NCBI GenBank assembly: GCA_965238005.1
Contig: OZ250165.1
Coordinates: 3,072,001 to 3,136,000, forward strand
Direction: 5' to 3'
DNA from: Longimicrobiales bacterium
GTDB lineage: Bacteria > Gemmatimonadota > Gemmatimonadetes > Longimicrobiales > Gaopeijiaceae
DNA length: 64,000 nucleotides
Shown here: one piece after another, positions 1-10,348 of the stretch
Numbering within the stretch: the first letter of the stretch is position 1
Layout: each line of letters begins with the position of its first letter
Position numbers and translations under genes: made by a program
The notes under the pieces: generated by a model
Told to the model about the DNA's origin: nothing
The model's database searches: none
What the model saw: only the letters and a program-made list of their open reading frames with translations

Positions 1-921
1 CATGAGACTGACCCTGGACTGCATCATGAATGGGGTCGCGGCGCCACGGCGGGCCACCTCCTCGGCGAAGGCTTCGATCCAAGCCGGCGTGAGCCCGAAG
101 ATGTCGTCGCAAAACCAGATGTGATCCGGGGCGACGGTGTCCCGGAGATGCCGCATTTCCTCCGCGACATCGGCCGGGCTCCGCTGCGTGTACCTCCGGC
201 CGAAGACAGGCTTGGCGCACCAGTTGCAACCGTAGGGGCAGCCCCGAGACGTCAACATGTTCCAGGAGAGGCGACCATGCGCCGTCGTCCACGCTTCGCG
301 GTAGCGATCCACCTCCAACAGGTCCCAGGCGGGGAGGGGGAGCGAGTCGAGGTCTTCAATCACCGACCGGGCAGCGGTTCGCCGAACCGGCACACCATTC
401 GTCTGAGCCGGCCCGTCTGGGAGGGCAAGGCCAGAGATGCCCTCCAAGGAGGCTGAGGGATCGCCTCGCCACACGTCGAACAGCTCACATGCCGTGGTCT
501 CTGCCTCGCCCAAGATGATCGCGTCGGCCCCGACCTCGAGGTAGAGCTCCGGGCGGTCGCTGGCGTCCGAACCGTTCACAGCCACTCGAGCGCCTATTCT
601 TTTCGCGGCCCGGATCATCTCGAACGCCGCCTCGCGCATCCGGACCGTGCACATCTTGGTGAGGAAGTTGAAGTTGTCCTCGAAGATCCCCACGAGCCTC
701 GGCCGGCTGCGCTCCACGAGTGCCTCGAACTCCTCTACACCCTCGGACAGCATGGCATCGAAGAGTTGAACGTCGTAGCCCTTTTCACGCAGGACGGCAG
801 CCGTGAGGGCCGTCGCCAGCGGCGGGTACGGTTTCATTTTTTCCGTCTGCTTGGCGTCGTACCGCAAGTAGTACGAATGGGCGAGTACGACCGCTCGGGA
901 CGCGTGTGGCGCTGGCGTCAT
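1..921 (-). CDS. B12-binding (class B) radical SAM protein, 5' part; runs off the left edge
   Basis: Manual translation from ATG 921: MTPAPHASRAVVLAHSYYLRYDAKQTEKMKPYPPLAT...SRGCPYGCNWCAKP...WFCDDIFG; CxxxCxxC motif after an N-terminal cobalamin-binding-type region. Absent from the ORF track because it has no stop in the window. Confidence 0.88.
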   Translation of the reverse strand, partial: MTPAPHASRAVVLAHSYYLRYDAKQTEKMKPYPPLATALTAAVLREKGYDVQLFDAMLSEGVEEFEALVERSRPRLVGIFEDNFNFLTKMCTVRMREAAFEMIRAAKRIGARVAVNGSDASDRPELYLEVGADAIILGEAETTACELFDVWRGDPSASLEGISGLALPDGPAQTNGVPVRRTAARSVIEDLDSLPLPAWDLLEVDRYREAWTTAHGRLSWNMLTSRGCPYGCNWCAKPVFGRRYTQRSPADVAEEMRHLRDTVAPDHIWFCDDIFGLTPAWIEAFAEEVARRGAATPFMMQSRVSLM

Positions 922-1023
922 CGTACACGTCTCGACAAGTGTCTTCCTTCGGGCGGAGTCATCGCGAACCGCCAATCGAGCCGTGCACCGGGAGTCGTCG
1001 CGACGGTGCCCGCGACTCGAGGG

Positions 1024-2298
1024 CTACAGCTCTGGTCTGACATCCGTCGACCTCCGGGAAGCACGTGCAACAAGCACACTTCGTTCCGGCGGGATCCCGG
1101 AGACGCGAGCCATAACATAGGTCCGGGGCCTTTGGGCCGCATCCCTTCGTCCGCATGTTGACGCCTCGGACGCTTCACAGATGGGAGGGCAGAGTCGAAA
1201 GCAACGATCAGGTGTCAGCTGGTTCACGACCTGCCGGAGAGTGAGGGAGCACACGCACTTGCGGCAAATCTCATCGCGCCCCGTGTCCAACCCTTGGCGC
1301 CACGCCCGCGCCGACTGTGAGTTGAGAATCTCCGCAAGGGTCGAGCCGTCATAGATATTCCCAAGCGGTGGCTGAAAGAAACATGGCCGCACAGTTCCGT
1401 CGCTCTCTATTACCGTGGAGACCCAGGGCGCATTACAGGCGACTGGAGGGAACTCATCTGCGCCGACTAGTGCCGAATAGTACTGCAGGATGCGGTGACG
1501 CAGCTTCGCGGAATTCTCTGAGATGAACCCTTCCTTGAAGTCGATCTCGCAGTCGCGCTCCATCGCATCCAACTCGGCCGCCAGGATGGGAAGATCGCTC
1601 TCGGGCAAAGCAACCTCCGCGATGCGATCCGCGTCCCACGGCTCCGGTCGATTGAAGGCGTCGGTGCTCACATCCGCCGCAAGAAAACTGATCCCATCCA
1701 ACGCCAACTCGTGGGCAGCGGCAACGGTGGCGCGCATGTTCCGGAAATTCTCGCGCTGCACCGTGCAGCGACCCTTTATGCGAACGCCTCGGCTCGCCTC
1801 CCGCACCGCGAGGATTCCCTCCATGAGCTTCTGGTACGCTCGTGGCAGGTTTCGAATCCGATTGTGGACTTCGCGGGGGCCGTCCAGGCTCACGATCACA
1901 TCATCGCAATAGTGCACCAAACGTTCGGCATCTCTCTTCAAGAGAATCCCGGTGCTCAACACCGTTATCCCGATTTCGGCTGCTTGCAGGATTTCGCATA
2001 GGGTCCAGAAATCGGAATGCATGAGCGGCTCTCCGCCACTCAAGACTGCTCGCTTCACCCCAAGCGCCCTCCATTCAGGCAGCCAGCGCGAGAAGTCCTC
2101 GGCAGACAATTCATCCTTCGTGGTGTTTCTCCATATGTCGCACATGAGGCAGCGACAGTTGCACCGGCTGTGCGGGTAGAGGATGAGCACGGGCAATTGG
2201 GTAATGGGGTCCTGCCGGGGCAACACCGAGCTCAGCTCGTTCGCATCATCCAACGATGCTGTGGGTTGGGGGATCAACTCGGTCATGACACTCGCCAC
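1024..2298 (-). CDS. Radical SAM protein with C-terminal SPASM/Twitch-type Fe-S domain
   Basis: CNCRCLMC, SGGEPL, and C-terminal CNAPW...DGTVRPC...CRKCVC; the last ~70 aa look like a non-conserved extension. Confidence 0.88.
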   Translation of the reverse strand: MASVMTELIPQPTASLDDANELSSVLPRQDPITQLPVLILYPHSRCNCRCLMCDIWRNTTKDELSAEDFSRWLPEWRALGVKRAVLSGGEPLMHSDFWTLCEILQAAEIGITVLSTGILLKRDAERLVHYCDDVIVSLDGPREVHNRIRNLPRAYQKLMEGILAVREASRGVRIKGRCTVQRENFRNMRATVAAAHELALDGISFLAADVSTDAFNRPEPWDADRIAEVALPESDLPILAAELDAMERDCEIDFKEGFISENSAKLRHRILQYYSALVGADEFPPVACNAPWVSTVIESDGTVRPCFFQPPLGNIYDGSTLAEILNSQSARAWRQGLDTGRDEICRKCVCSLTLRQVVNQLTPDRCFRLCPPICEASEASTCGRRDAAQRPRTYVMARVSGIPPERSVLVARASRRSTDVRPEL

Positions 2299-2587
2299 TA
2301 CCCTTGGAATCGCCTAGAATTAGAGTCGCTCTCCAACGCAGTTACTGTTCGAATCACCTAAGATTATCGGTCCATCTCCAATCCAGGTCAAACGACGTGC
2401 GAGGTGAAATCCTGGTTCGCTCTCTGGCGAGAATCTGGCTCTCCCTCAAGCGGCGGTTCCTGCTGCGCCGACTCCGGCCAACGAGGCGACGCTGCTGGCG
2501 CTGGTACGAGCTCCGCCCCTTGAAGGCGTGGCTCACACGCCGGCGCACCCCCTCGCGGTTCGATCTCTCGGAGGCGACGGTGCCCTG

Positions 2588-3694
2588 ATGTTCGCGCTGC
2601 GCACCGAAGCCGGGCAGTGTTTGGTCGTCCGGGGCGAGAGGATCGTCCCCTCCTCGTCCGCCGTCTCCCTGAGCGTGGATCTGGGCGCCGGGGAGCTCCG
2701 AGCCGGCCTGATCAACAGTCACGACCACCTCTTCCTCAACCACTTCCCCCGTCTCGGGTCGCCTCCGTACCGGAGCCTGTACGCGTGGGCCGACGATATC
2801 CAGCATCGCTTTGCGGCCGAGGTCGATTGGTACTCGAGGCTCCCACGGGGCGACGCGCTCCTCTTCGGGGCCCTCAAGAATCTTCTCGGGGGGGTCACGA
2901 CGGTCGTGCATCACGACCCCTGGAGCGAGCACCTGGACAGTGGGTTCCCCCTGCGGGTCGAGCGCGTGCGGGTGATCCACTCTCTTGGCCTCGAGTCCGA
3001 CCTGGAGGGAGCGCTGGCCGGGAGCGAGGCCATGAAGGGGCATCCCGTGTGCATGCACCTGGCCGAGGGGGTCGGGGACGACGCGGCCTCCGAGGTGCAC
3101 GAGGCGGCGGCGCGAGGGCTGATAGACGGGCACCTTATGGCCGTTCACCTCGTCACCGTGGACGGCCACGGGATCGAGTTGCTGCGCGCGGCCAACGCCG
3201 CCTTCGTCTGGTGTCCCACCTCCAACCTGTTCCTCTACGGTCGGACCTCGCCGTCCGCGCTCTTCGAGTCCGGCATCGACGTGCTCCTCGGCACCGATTC
3301 CCTCCTCTCGGGAGCCGGCACTCTTCTGGACGAGCTGCGCACGGCGCACGAGGTGGGCCGCCTCGACGAGGATCGCCTCGTGGGTGCCGTGGGCGAGGTG
3401 GCGGCGCGTCGGCTCGGGCTCCCCGAGCCGACCCTCGAGCCTGGAGGCGTCGGGGATGTCGTCTTCCTCCGCCGACCGCTCCTCGAGGCGCGCCCCCGGG
3501 ACGTGGGCCTCGTCCTCGTGGGCGGGAAGCCCCGCCTGGGAGACGCCGAGTTCGCCGGGCTCTTCGAGCGCACGGGTGTGCCGGTCGAGCCACTCGAGGT
3601 CGGCGGCGTGCCGAAGCTCGTCGTCGCGCCTCTGGCCACGGTGGCGAGGGAGGTCGTGGAGCTCTCTCCGAGCTGTGGTCGCATCCTGAGGTAG
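2588..3694 (+). CDS. Metal-dependent amidohydrolase (nucleoside/SAH deaminase-like)
   Basis: NSHDHL (HxH), HLAEG, AVH, CPTSN, LGTDS motifs; start at ATG 2588 (TGATG overlap with upstream ORF) or GTG 2528. Confidence 0.82.
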   Translation: MFALRTEAGQCLVVRGERIVPSSSAVSLSVDLGAGELRAGLINSHDHLFLNHFPRLGSPPYRSLYAWADDIQHRFAAEVDWYSRLPRGDALLFGALKNLLGGVTTVVHHDPWSEHLDSGFPLRVERVRVIHSLGLESDLEGALAGSEAMKGHPVCMHLAEGVGDDAASEVHEAAARGLIDGHLMAVHLVTVDGHGIELLRAANAAFVWCPTSNLFLYGRTSPSALFESGIDVLLGTDSLLSGAGTLLDELRTAHEVGRLDEDRLVGAVGEVAARRLGLPEPTLEPGGVGDVVFLRRPLLEARPRDVGLVLVGGKPRLGDAEFAGLFERTGVPVEPLEVGGVPKLVVAPLATVAREVVELSPSCGRILR

Positions 3695-3989
3695 TGCGGG
3701 CGGCGGGATGGGGCAGCGGGATGCGCCGAATCCGGTCGTACATCTCCCGGGGCCCGTTGAGGATCACGATGGAGAGTGCAGCCATGGGAGCGTGCGTACG
3801 TATGATTCGGCAAGAATCGTACGTACACCCTGTCTGGGCCTGCACGGCCCGAGAGGTCCCTGGCACCGTGCCCGACGGGCCGGTAGAATGGTTACGGTGC
3901 GCGATCTTCCCGGCACCCGGGGGGGAGCGCTGTGGCAGGTGGTGCCGCGTACCATGTTGCGACTTCGAAGCGCGTGCAGAAGGGATCCC

Positions 3990-5501
3990 ATGATCGTCTT
4001 CGTCAATCCCCGCGCCACCCGACCCAAGAACCGGCGCTTCCCTCTGTCCGTGATGGCTGTTGGGGCGGCCCTCCCTCCGGACGTCCCCTGGGCGATCGTG
4101 GACGGCAACTGCCCCGGGACGGACACGTTCGGCGAGATCGCGGCGCACATCGAGTCACGGAAGGGTACCAGGGACCCCGTGCGCGCCGTGGGGATGAGCG
4201 TGATGCCGGGTCCCCAGCTCGTCGCCGCCGTTCCGCTGGCGCGGCGGGTCAAGGAGCGCTTTCCCCATGTGCCCGTGGTCTGGGGCGGCTATTTCCCCAG
4301 CCTGTACCCGACGCCGGTGGTCAGCGCGGGCTACGTGGACTGGGCGGTGCGGGGGCAGGGCGAGCAGACTTTCGTCGAGCTCCTCGATGTCCTCGACGGC
4401 CGCCGGGATCCACGCACGGTCGCCGGTCTGGCCTTTCAAGACGACGGAGAGATCTGGATCGGCTCCGAGCGTGAGTGGCTGGGACCCGACCAGCTCCCAC
4501 CCCCTCCCTACGACAGGATCGACGTCGAGGAGTACATCCACCCCACCGTTCTGGGGCGGCGAAGCGCCGTCTATCAGGCGTCCATCGGGTGTCCCTTCGG
4601 ATGCAAGTTCTGCGGTGTGATCTCCGTATTCGGGCGCCGCGAGAAGGTGGAGTCTCCGGCCCGGACGATGGACCGGCTTTCTTATCTGGTGGACCGCCAC
4701 GGGATGGATTCCGTCCACTTCTACGACAGCAACTTCTTCCTTGGGGAGGACCATGCGGTGGAGTTCTGCTCCCGCGTGACGGACCTGAGCATCTCGTGGT
4801 GGTGCGAGTCCCGGATCGACGCCATGCTCCGCTTCTCCGATCGGACGTGGCGGCTCATCAAGGAGTCGGGTCTGAAGATGGTCTTCTTCGGGGCTGAATC
4901 GGGCTCCAACGAGGTGCTGCGGAAGATGGACAAGCGACTGACCACGGAGCAGACGCTGGAGGTGGCGGCGAAGACCCGCGAATACGGGATCATTCCGGAG
5001 TTTTCCTTCGTGCTCGGCGACCCGGACGAGCCGGAGGCGGAGATCGAGAACACCCTCGCCTTCGTGCGGAAGCTTAAGACAGTGAATCCGTCCATGGAGC
5101 TCATCACCTACTTCTACACGCCCATCCCCCAGCGCGGGAGCACTTATGGGGACGTGGATCCCCTGGCCGGGACTCCGGGGACGCTGGAGGGGTGGATCCA
5201 GCCGGAGTGGGTGAGGTGGATGACCCATGAGGACCCGAGGGTCCCGTGGATGAACGACCGGCTCCGGGCGCGGGTGGAGAACTTCGAGCTCGTACTGAAG
5301 AGCCGTTTCCCGTCCGCCCATGACACGAAGACGGCCCGGTGGGGAAAGGTGCTCGCGAAGGCCCTCGCCGTTCGCCCTTGGCGCTCTGGCCGGTACGAGA
5401 ACACAGGGCTCCTGCGGGCTGTCGGGAAGCTGGCTCGGGTTCCCGAGGCGGACGCCCAGGCCTACGGTCACCTCCGGCAGCCGCCCGCGGACCTCCCGTG
5501 A
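3990..5501 (+). CDS. B12-binding (class B) radical SAM protein
   Basis: MIVFVNP..., VWGGYFPS, GQGEQTF, SIGCPFGCKFC, FYDSNF, GAESG; start set at ATG 3990. Confidence 0.9.
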   Translation: MIVFVNPRATRPKNRRFPLSVMAVGAALPPDVPWAIVDGNCPGTDTFGEIAAHIESRKGTRDPVRAVGMSVMPGPQLVAAVPLARRVKERFPHVPVVWGGYFPSLYPTPVVSAGYVDWAVRGQGEQTFVELLDVLDGRRDPRTVAGLAFQDDGEIWIGSEREWLGPDQLPPPPYDRIDVEEYIHPTVLGRRSAVYQASIGCPFGCKFCGVISVFGRREKVESPARTMDRLSYLVDRHGMDSVHFYDSNFFLGEDHAVEFCSRVTDLSISWWCESRIDAMLRFSDRTWRLIKESGLKMVFFGAESGSNEVLRKMDKRLTTEQTLEVAAKTREYGIIPEFSFVLGDPDEPEAEIENTLAFVRKLKTVNPSMELITYFYTPIPQRGSTYGDVDPLAGTPGTLEGWIQPEWVRWMTHEDPRVPWMNDRLRARVENFELVLKSRFPSAHDTKTARWGKVLAKALAVRPWRSGRYENTGLLRAVGKLARVPEADAQAYGHLRQPPADLP

Positions 5502-6199
5502 CCGTGGGCCGGTCCGGCCATCCCGCTCCTCTCGCTGCGCGAGACGCCTATGGGCTCTGGGCCCCCACGTACGACCGGGAGACGGCGGTGAGCGCGCTCG
5601 AGAACCGGGGCGTAGAGGCGCTCACTCCGCCCCTGTCGGGTCGGGCGCTCCTGGATGCGGGGTGCGGCACGGGGCGGAGGCTCCCCTCCCCGTCGCCCGA
5701 AGGGCCCTCCCTGGTGGTGGGGCTCGACCTCGTGCTCGGTATGCTCGTGCAAGGTCACGACACGATGGCGGATGGCGCGCACCTGGTTACCGGGGACCTC
5801 CGGGCGCTTCCTCTCCCGGCGGGACTCTTCGACGTGATCTGGTGCCGCCTGGCCCTCGGCCATCTGCCGACCCTGGAGGGAGCCTACCGAGAGATTGCGC
5901 GCGTGGCGCGAGAAGGGGCGTGCGTCATCGTCACCGACCTCCACCCCGAGGCGGCGCGGGCCCCGTCGGTCCGCACCTTCCGGGACGCCGACGGCGCGCT
6001 CCATGCGGTGGAGCATCACCTCCACGAGGTGGCCGACCATGAGCGTGAGGCTCGGCGCGCCGGTCTCTGGCTCGATGCGAGGCTGGATCTCATGGTCGGG
6101 CCGGAGGTCCGGCGCTTCTACGAGGACGCCGGAGCGCTCTGCCGATACGAGGAGCAACGGGGGCTTCCCCTCGTCCTGGCGCTCCGCTTGGTCGGATGA
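5498..6199 (+). CDS. Class I SAM-dependent methyltransferase
   Basis: LDAGCGTG motif I, GDLRALP, FDVIWC; GTGA overlap with the upstream stop. Confidence 0.87.
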   Translation: MTVGRSGHPAPLAARDAYGLWAPTYDRETAVSALENRGVEALTPPLSGRALLDAGCGTGRRLPSPSPEGPSLVVGLDLVLGMLVQGHDTMADGAHLVTGDLRALPLPAGLFDVIWCRLALGHLPTLEGAYREIARVAREGACVIVTDLHPEAARAPSVRTFRDADGALHAVEHHLHEVADHEREARRAGLWLDARLDLMVGPEVRRFYEDAGALCRYEEQRGLPLVLALRLVG

Positions 6200-6220
6200 G
6201 GGGAGCCCGAGGGCCGAAGG

Positions 6221-7573
6221 CTAGGAGGCCGCCCCCGGCGGGGGCGGCCTGGGTTCGACGGGACCCGAGCCATCGGATGTCCGGAGCGACACACGACCGC
6301 GGAAGATGCGGCGGAGCCGATTCGCGTAAACGCGGCCGAGCGCCCTCAGTGAATGGCCCACCGGCGCTGGCCACAGCATGTGCAGGGCCCGGCGCACGTG
6401 CTCGACGGGACCGCGTGCCCACATGAAGCGCTCGTCCAGTGACATGTCCTCGATCCGCTGGGCGCTGAAGGGCTGAAGGCCCGCCATCACACGCCGCATG
6501 CGTGCCGGCGCTACCTCCACCAAGCGAGAGCGGAAGGCCGGTTCCAGAGTGCCGGGTACCAGGCGCTCGGCCATCTCGAAGGCCGGGTACGTGAAGCGCA
6601 TGGCGTCGGCTCGCTCGAGCACCGAGCAGAGGTCGGCCCAAACGAGCTCGCCCCGCGCTCGATCGCGCCGGAGCACCAGAACCAGCTCCACGAGCCGTAC
6701 CATGGAGAGATTGTGGAGCCCTTCGGAGGCGTGGGCTGCGAGCGAGGCTGCGAGGAGCGGCTGTGCCAGTATCCGAACTCCGACACCCCCCGGTCGACCA
6801 CCGGAGGTTTCGAGCACGTGGCGCCGAGTCGACGAGGCCCCCAGAGACCCGAGCGACATCGTGCCCACCCCGAAGAAGTTGCGATCGAGGGTGGTGTGGA
6901 GATCCACCGTGAGTGGGTTGTCCCGGTGAGTCACCTCGAGAGAGCGGAGTGTCGTGGAAGCACCCGGCGGGACCCAGTCGCTCTTGTACGGCCGGCTCTG
7001 GCGGTTGGTCTCGACGTATCCACCCTCTCGAAGGGCTCGGCTTGCCCCCCCGACCTCGTCCCGTCCGATCACCAGATCGAGGTCACTCGCCGGGCGCGTT
7101 CCTGGATCCGGAAAGTAGACGTGGGCGGTGTGAGCTCCCTTGATCACGATGGGGTCGATGCCCACCGCCGCCAACAGCTCAACGGCCTTGTGGAGCTCGT
7201 CGGTCAAGAGCCGGGCACGTTCCCGACCGTGGTGAAGATGCAGGCCGAGAAGGTCCTCCACTTCGGCTGCCGCCGTCAGCCTTCCTGCCTCGATCCAGTA
7301 GCCGAGGAGCGCACCCATCCCGGAAGTGAAGGCGGCCACCCCCATCTTGCGGGTGTCCATCTTGCGGGTGTTGGCCGTCATGGGGAGTACCAGGACTGGC
7401 GGCGAGCCGTCCGCCAGGACACGACTGGTCACCCGCTCGATCTCCCGGAGCGATGCCCTCCACTCGCCAACGGAGACGTCCGGCCATAGATAGAAGGGGT
7501 GACCTTGCTCGCGCGCCCACCTCAAGCGCTCCTCGACGAGTTCTGGAGCCAGATCGAGGGAGTCGGGTTGCAT
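6221..7573 (-). CDS. Nucleotidyltransferase, NTP_transf_5-like
   Basis: IKGAH...YFPDPGTRPASDLDLVI (KG...R...DxD) and VDLH motifs. Confidence 0.8.
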   Translation of the reverse strand: MQPDSLDLAPELVEERLRWAREQGHPFYLWPDVSVGEWRASLREIERVTSRVLADGSPPVLVLPMTANTRKMDTRKMGVAAFTSGMGALLGYWIEAGRLTAAAEVEDLLGLHLHHGRERARLLTDELHKAVELLAAVGIDPIVIKGAHTAHVYFPDPGTRPASDLDLVIGRDEVGGASRALREGGYVETNRQSRPYKSDWVPPGASTTLRSLEVTHRDNPLTVDLHTTLDRNFFGVGTMSLGSLGASSTRRHVLETSGGRPGGVGVRILAQPLLAASLAAHASEGLHNLSMVRLVELVLVLRRDRARGELVWADLCSVLERADAMRFTYPAFEMAERLVPGTLEPAFRSRLVEVAPARMRRVMAGLQPFSAQRIEDMSLDERFMWARGPVEHVRRALHMLWPAPVGHSLRALGRVYANRLRRIFRGRVSLRTSDGSGPVEPRPPPPGAAS

Positions 7574-7589
7574 GATCGAGAAAGGCGAG

Positions 7590-7619
7590 TTGACGGTGTT
7601 TTGTTCGACTGTTTAAGCT
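7590..7619 (+). promoter_or_regulatory. Putative sigma70 promoter for the polysaccharide operon
   Basis: TTGACG (7590-7595), 18 bp, TAAGCT (7614-7619) in an AT-rich divergent intergenic gap. Confidence 0.4.
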
Positions 7620-7646
7620 GCGTCGTTCATTGGGGCCCAGGCTCCG

Positions 7647-8324
7647 ATGCCCGCTGAGCCTAACAAAGGAACGGTCCCGGTGCCATCCTCTTTCTCACGA
7701 TCCCTTGTCTCACGATCCCTGCTCGTGCTCGTCCTCCTCTTTCTGGGCGGGGTCCGGGCTGGTGTAGGCCAGCTCCTTCCACCCCCTGGAGAGATCCTCC
7801 TGCGTCCGGGAGACGCGATCCGGGTCGAGGTCAAGGACGAGCCGCAGCTCAGCGGAGAGTTCACCGTGGCGGAAAACGGGCACGTACTCCTGCCTCTCGT
7901 GGGGCTGTTGCCGGTGGCCGGCCGGCCGTTCGACGAGGTGCGACAGGCGATCACCCGAGCATATGCCCGAGAGCTGATCGAGCCGGTCCTGGTGGTCACG
8001 CCGGTCCTCCGCATCGCCGTGCTGGGTGAGGTCCGGCTCCCGGGCCTCTTCCCGGTGGATCCCACTCACACGTTGGCCGATCTCATCGCCGCCGCCGGAG
8101 GACTCACCCCACTGGCCGCCAACGGTCGGATCTCGCTGGTCCGGAACGGCACGGTCCTGGAGGGCAGAATCGATCCCAAGTCTTTGACCGTGAGCACGCG
8201 CTTCCAATCGGGAGACCAGATCGTGGTGGGTAAGCAGAGCTGGGCCAGGGAGAATCTTCCCACCTTCATCGGCGCCTTCACGGCCGTGGCCGTTGCCATC
8301 ATTACCGGCTTGTTGGTCCGCTGA
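7647..8324 (+). CDS. Polysaccharide export protein (Wza/Poly_export + SLBB)
   Basis: LRPGDAIRV, LPLVG, VLGEVRLPG, AAAGGLT, GDQIVV. Confidence 0.85.
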   Translation: MPAEPNKGTVPVPSSFSRSLVSRSLLVLVLLFLGGVRAGVGQLLPPPGEILLRPGDAIRVEVKDEPQLSGEFTVAENGHVLLPLVGLLPVAGRPFDEVRQAITRAYARELIEPVLVVTPVLRIAVLGEVRLPGLFPVDPTHTLADLIAAAGGLTPLAANGRISLVRNGTVLEGRIDPKSLTVSTRFQSGDQIVVGKQSWARENLPTFIGAFTAVAVAIITGLLVR

Positions 8325-8337
8325 GAGCCCCACACCG

Positions 8338-10348
8338 ATGACGAACTCCGCATACCTCAGGCCAGACGGTCTCGTTGCAGCCTGGCTCGGGATCGTCCGC
8401 CGCCGATGGGCCTGGGGCCTCGGCGTGTTCGCTGCCGTCGTCGGCCTTGCAGCCCTGATGCTGTTCACCACCCACCCCATCTACCGCGCGCAGGCGAGCC
8501 TGCGGTTGGGGGAGCCTCCACCGCCCGGAGGAGTTTCTCCCACGTCCAACCTCCTGGGCGTGTTCGGCCTCGGGGGGGACGCCTTCGCCAATGACATGGA
8601 GCTCTTGGCGAGCCGCACCTTGACCGAAAGCGTGGTAGCCGACGGGTCGTTGAACGTCAGCCTTCTGGCCCCGAAGGACTGGCACCGGGATTCGATCTTC
8701 GGGCAATTGTTGGCGACGCCGCTGACCGGCGAGGCGACGTTCGAAGTCGAGTGGAGGGGGAGCGACGTTGTGATCCGGCAGACCGCGCCGTCGGAGGACC
8801 GAGGTGTGGTGGCCACGGTCTCGCCGGGCGAGTCCGTGACGTTCGGGGGGGTGTCAGCCACGTTCCGGCCGCGGCGGGAAGGCATGCCCACAGAGGTCCG
8901 CATCAAGACGCTTCCCTTCTCCGAGGCGGTACGCGTGGAGCGGGGGCGCATCGTCTCGGAGCGGACACGGCGTGAGGCCAACGTCGTGGAGATCAGCTAC
9001 GACCACACGGATCCCGATCTGGCCGAGGCTGTGGTGCGGTCCACGGTCGATCGCTTCATCGCCTTCAGAACTCAGATCCAGAGTAGGGAGAGTGGGCAGA
9101 CCGTCGACTCCCTGAGGGTCGTGGCGAACGAGACGCTGGTAGAGCTCCTCGAGGCCGAGACCGCGTTGGAGGAGTATCAGCGAACCTCGCGACTCGTGGC
9201 CCCCGACGCACAGAGCGAGGCGTTCATCGAGCGCTATAGCGACCTTCTCTCCGGGTTGGGGCAGGCTCAAGCAGGGCTGAGCGCCATCGATGACGTTCTC
9301 GGGAGAGTCGCGGCGGCTGCCGACCCGGCCCGGGCGTGGACCGGTCTCGTCTCTCATCCCCTGTTTCTCCAGAACGAGACCGTTGGCCTGCTCCTGGCCC
9401 AGCTCACGACTCTGGAGGCGAGGCGAAATGAAGTGGCGTCCCGGCGGACCGTGGAGAGCCGGGAGCATCGAGTGGTCCTGGAGCAGATCGAGTACCTCGT
9501 CGTTTCTCTCAGTTCTGTGGCCGAGGCCTACCGGACGTCCCTCGTCGATCAAATCGGGGTAGCCGAAGAGATGGTCGCGACCATGGATGCGGAGCTCGCC
9601 AGGATGCCCCGGCAGGTGATCGGGCTGGCGAGGCGCCAGCGAGACGTCCGGATCCTGACCGACATGGTGGTCCTGACCGAGCAGCGGCTCCGCCAGGAGG
9701 AGCTCAGGCAGGCCCTGACCTTCGCGAATATTCAGGTGATCGACCCCCCCAAGCTCCGCTTCAAACCGATCTGGCCACGTAAGCTCCTCGGCCTCGCCGT
9801 TGGCTTCATGATCGCCGGCGTCTTCGGGGCCCTGGCCCTGGTGGTGAGTGAGCGTTCGGATCCCTCGATCCGTTCGGTCGTGGCCATCCGGCCCCTCCTG
9901 GGAGCTCCCGTCCTGGCGGCTCCGTACCGCAGCCGGAGCAGGATCGTGCTCTCTGTCTCGGATGCCCGGGCGGTCCTCGACCGAGTGGGCCACGATGACT
10001 GGGGAGCGGCCCGCATGGTCCTTGCACCTCTGGACGAGGGCCACGACGCAGCCGACCTCGTGGGCACTCCTTCGGGCTGGCGAGGCTGACGAGGACGGGG
10101 GCACGCGAAGCCGCCGCCCCGGATGGAGCACGCCGACTCTCGAGACCGCGCCGCCGATCCAGACATTCGCCACAGCATCCGAGGCGGTGATCGGGGAGGT
10201 GCCCGTGGTCCTCGTGCTCCGGTGCGCACTGACCCGAAAGGGCGACCTGGCCCGGGCCGTCGAGCTGGTGACCGAAGCCGGTGGCAAGATCGGCGGCGGC
10301 GTGTTGGTGTGCCGCAGCGCCGAAGAGGCGAGGGCGGCGTGGGGATAG
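8338..10348 (+). CDS. Wzc/GumC-like chain-length regulator; frameshift near 10060
   Basis: TM helix-PIYRA, coiled coil, QVIDPP...P..PRK-TM; tail continues in another frame (APPI...VVLVLR...AVELV..AGGKIGGGVL) after a G-run at ~10061. Confidence 0.78.

Noticed and set aside
3861..3876. Sigma54 promoter at TGGCAC
   Set aside because: No TTGC at the -12 position
1..7573. A defined RiPP cluster with a precursor peptide
   Set aside because: No RRE/PqqD domain, leader-core peptide or peptide exporter seen; only the weak ORF at 2397-2588
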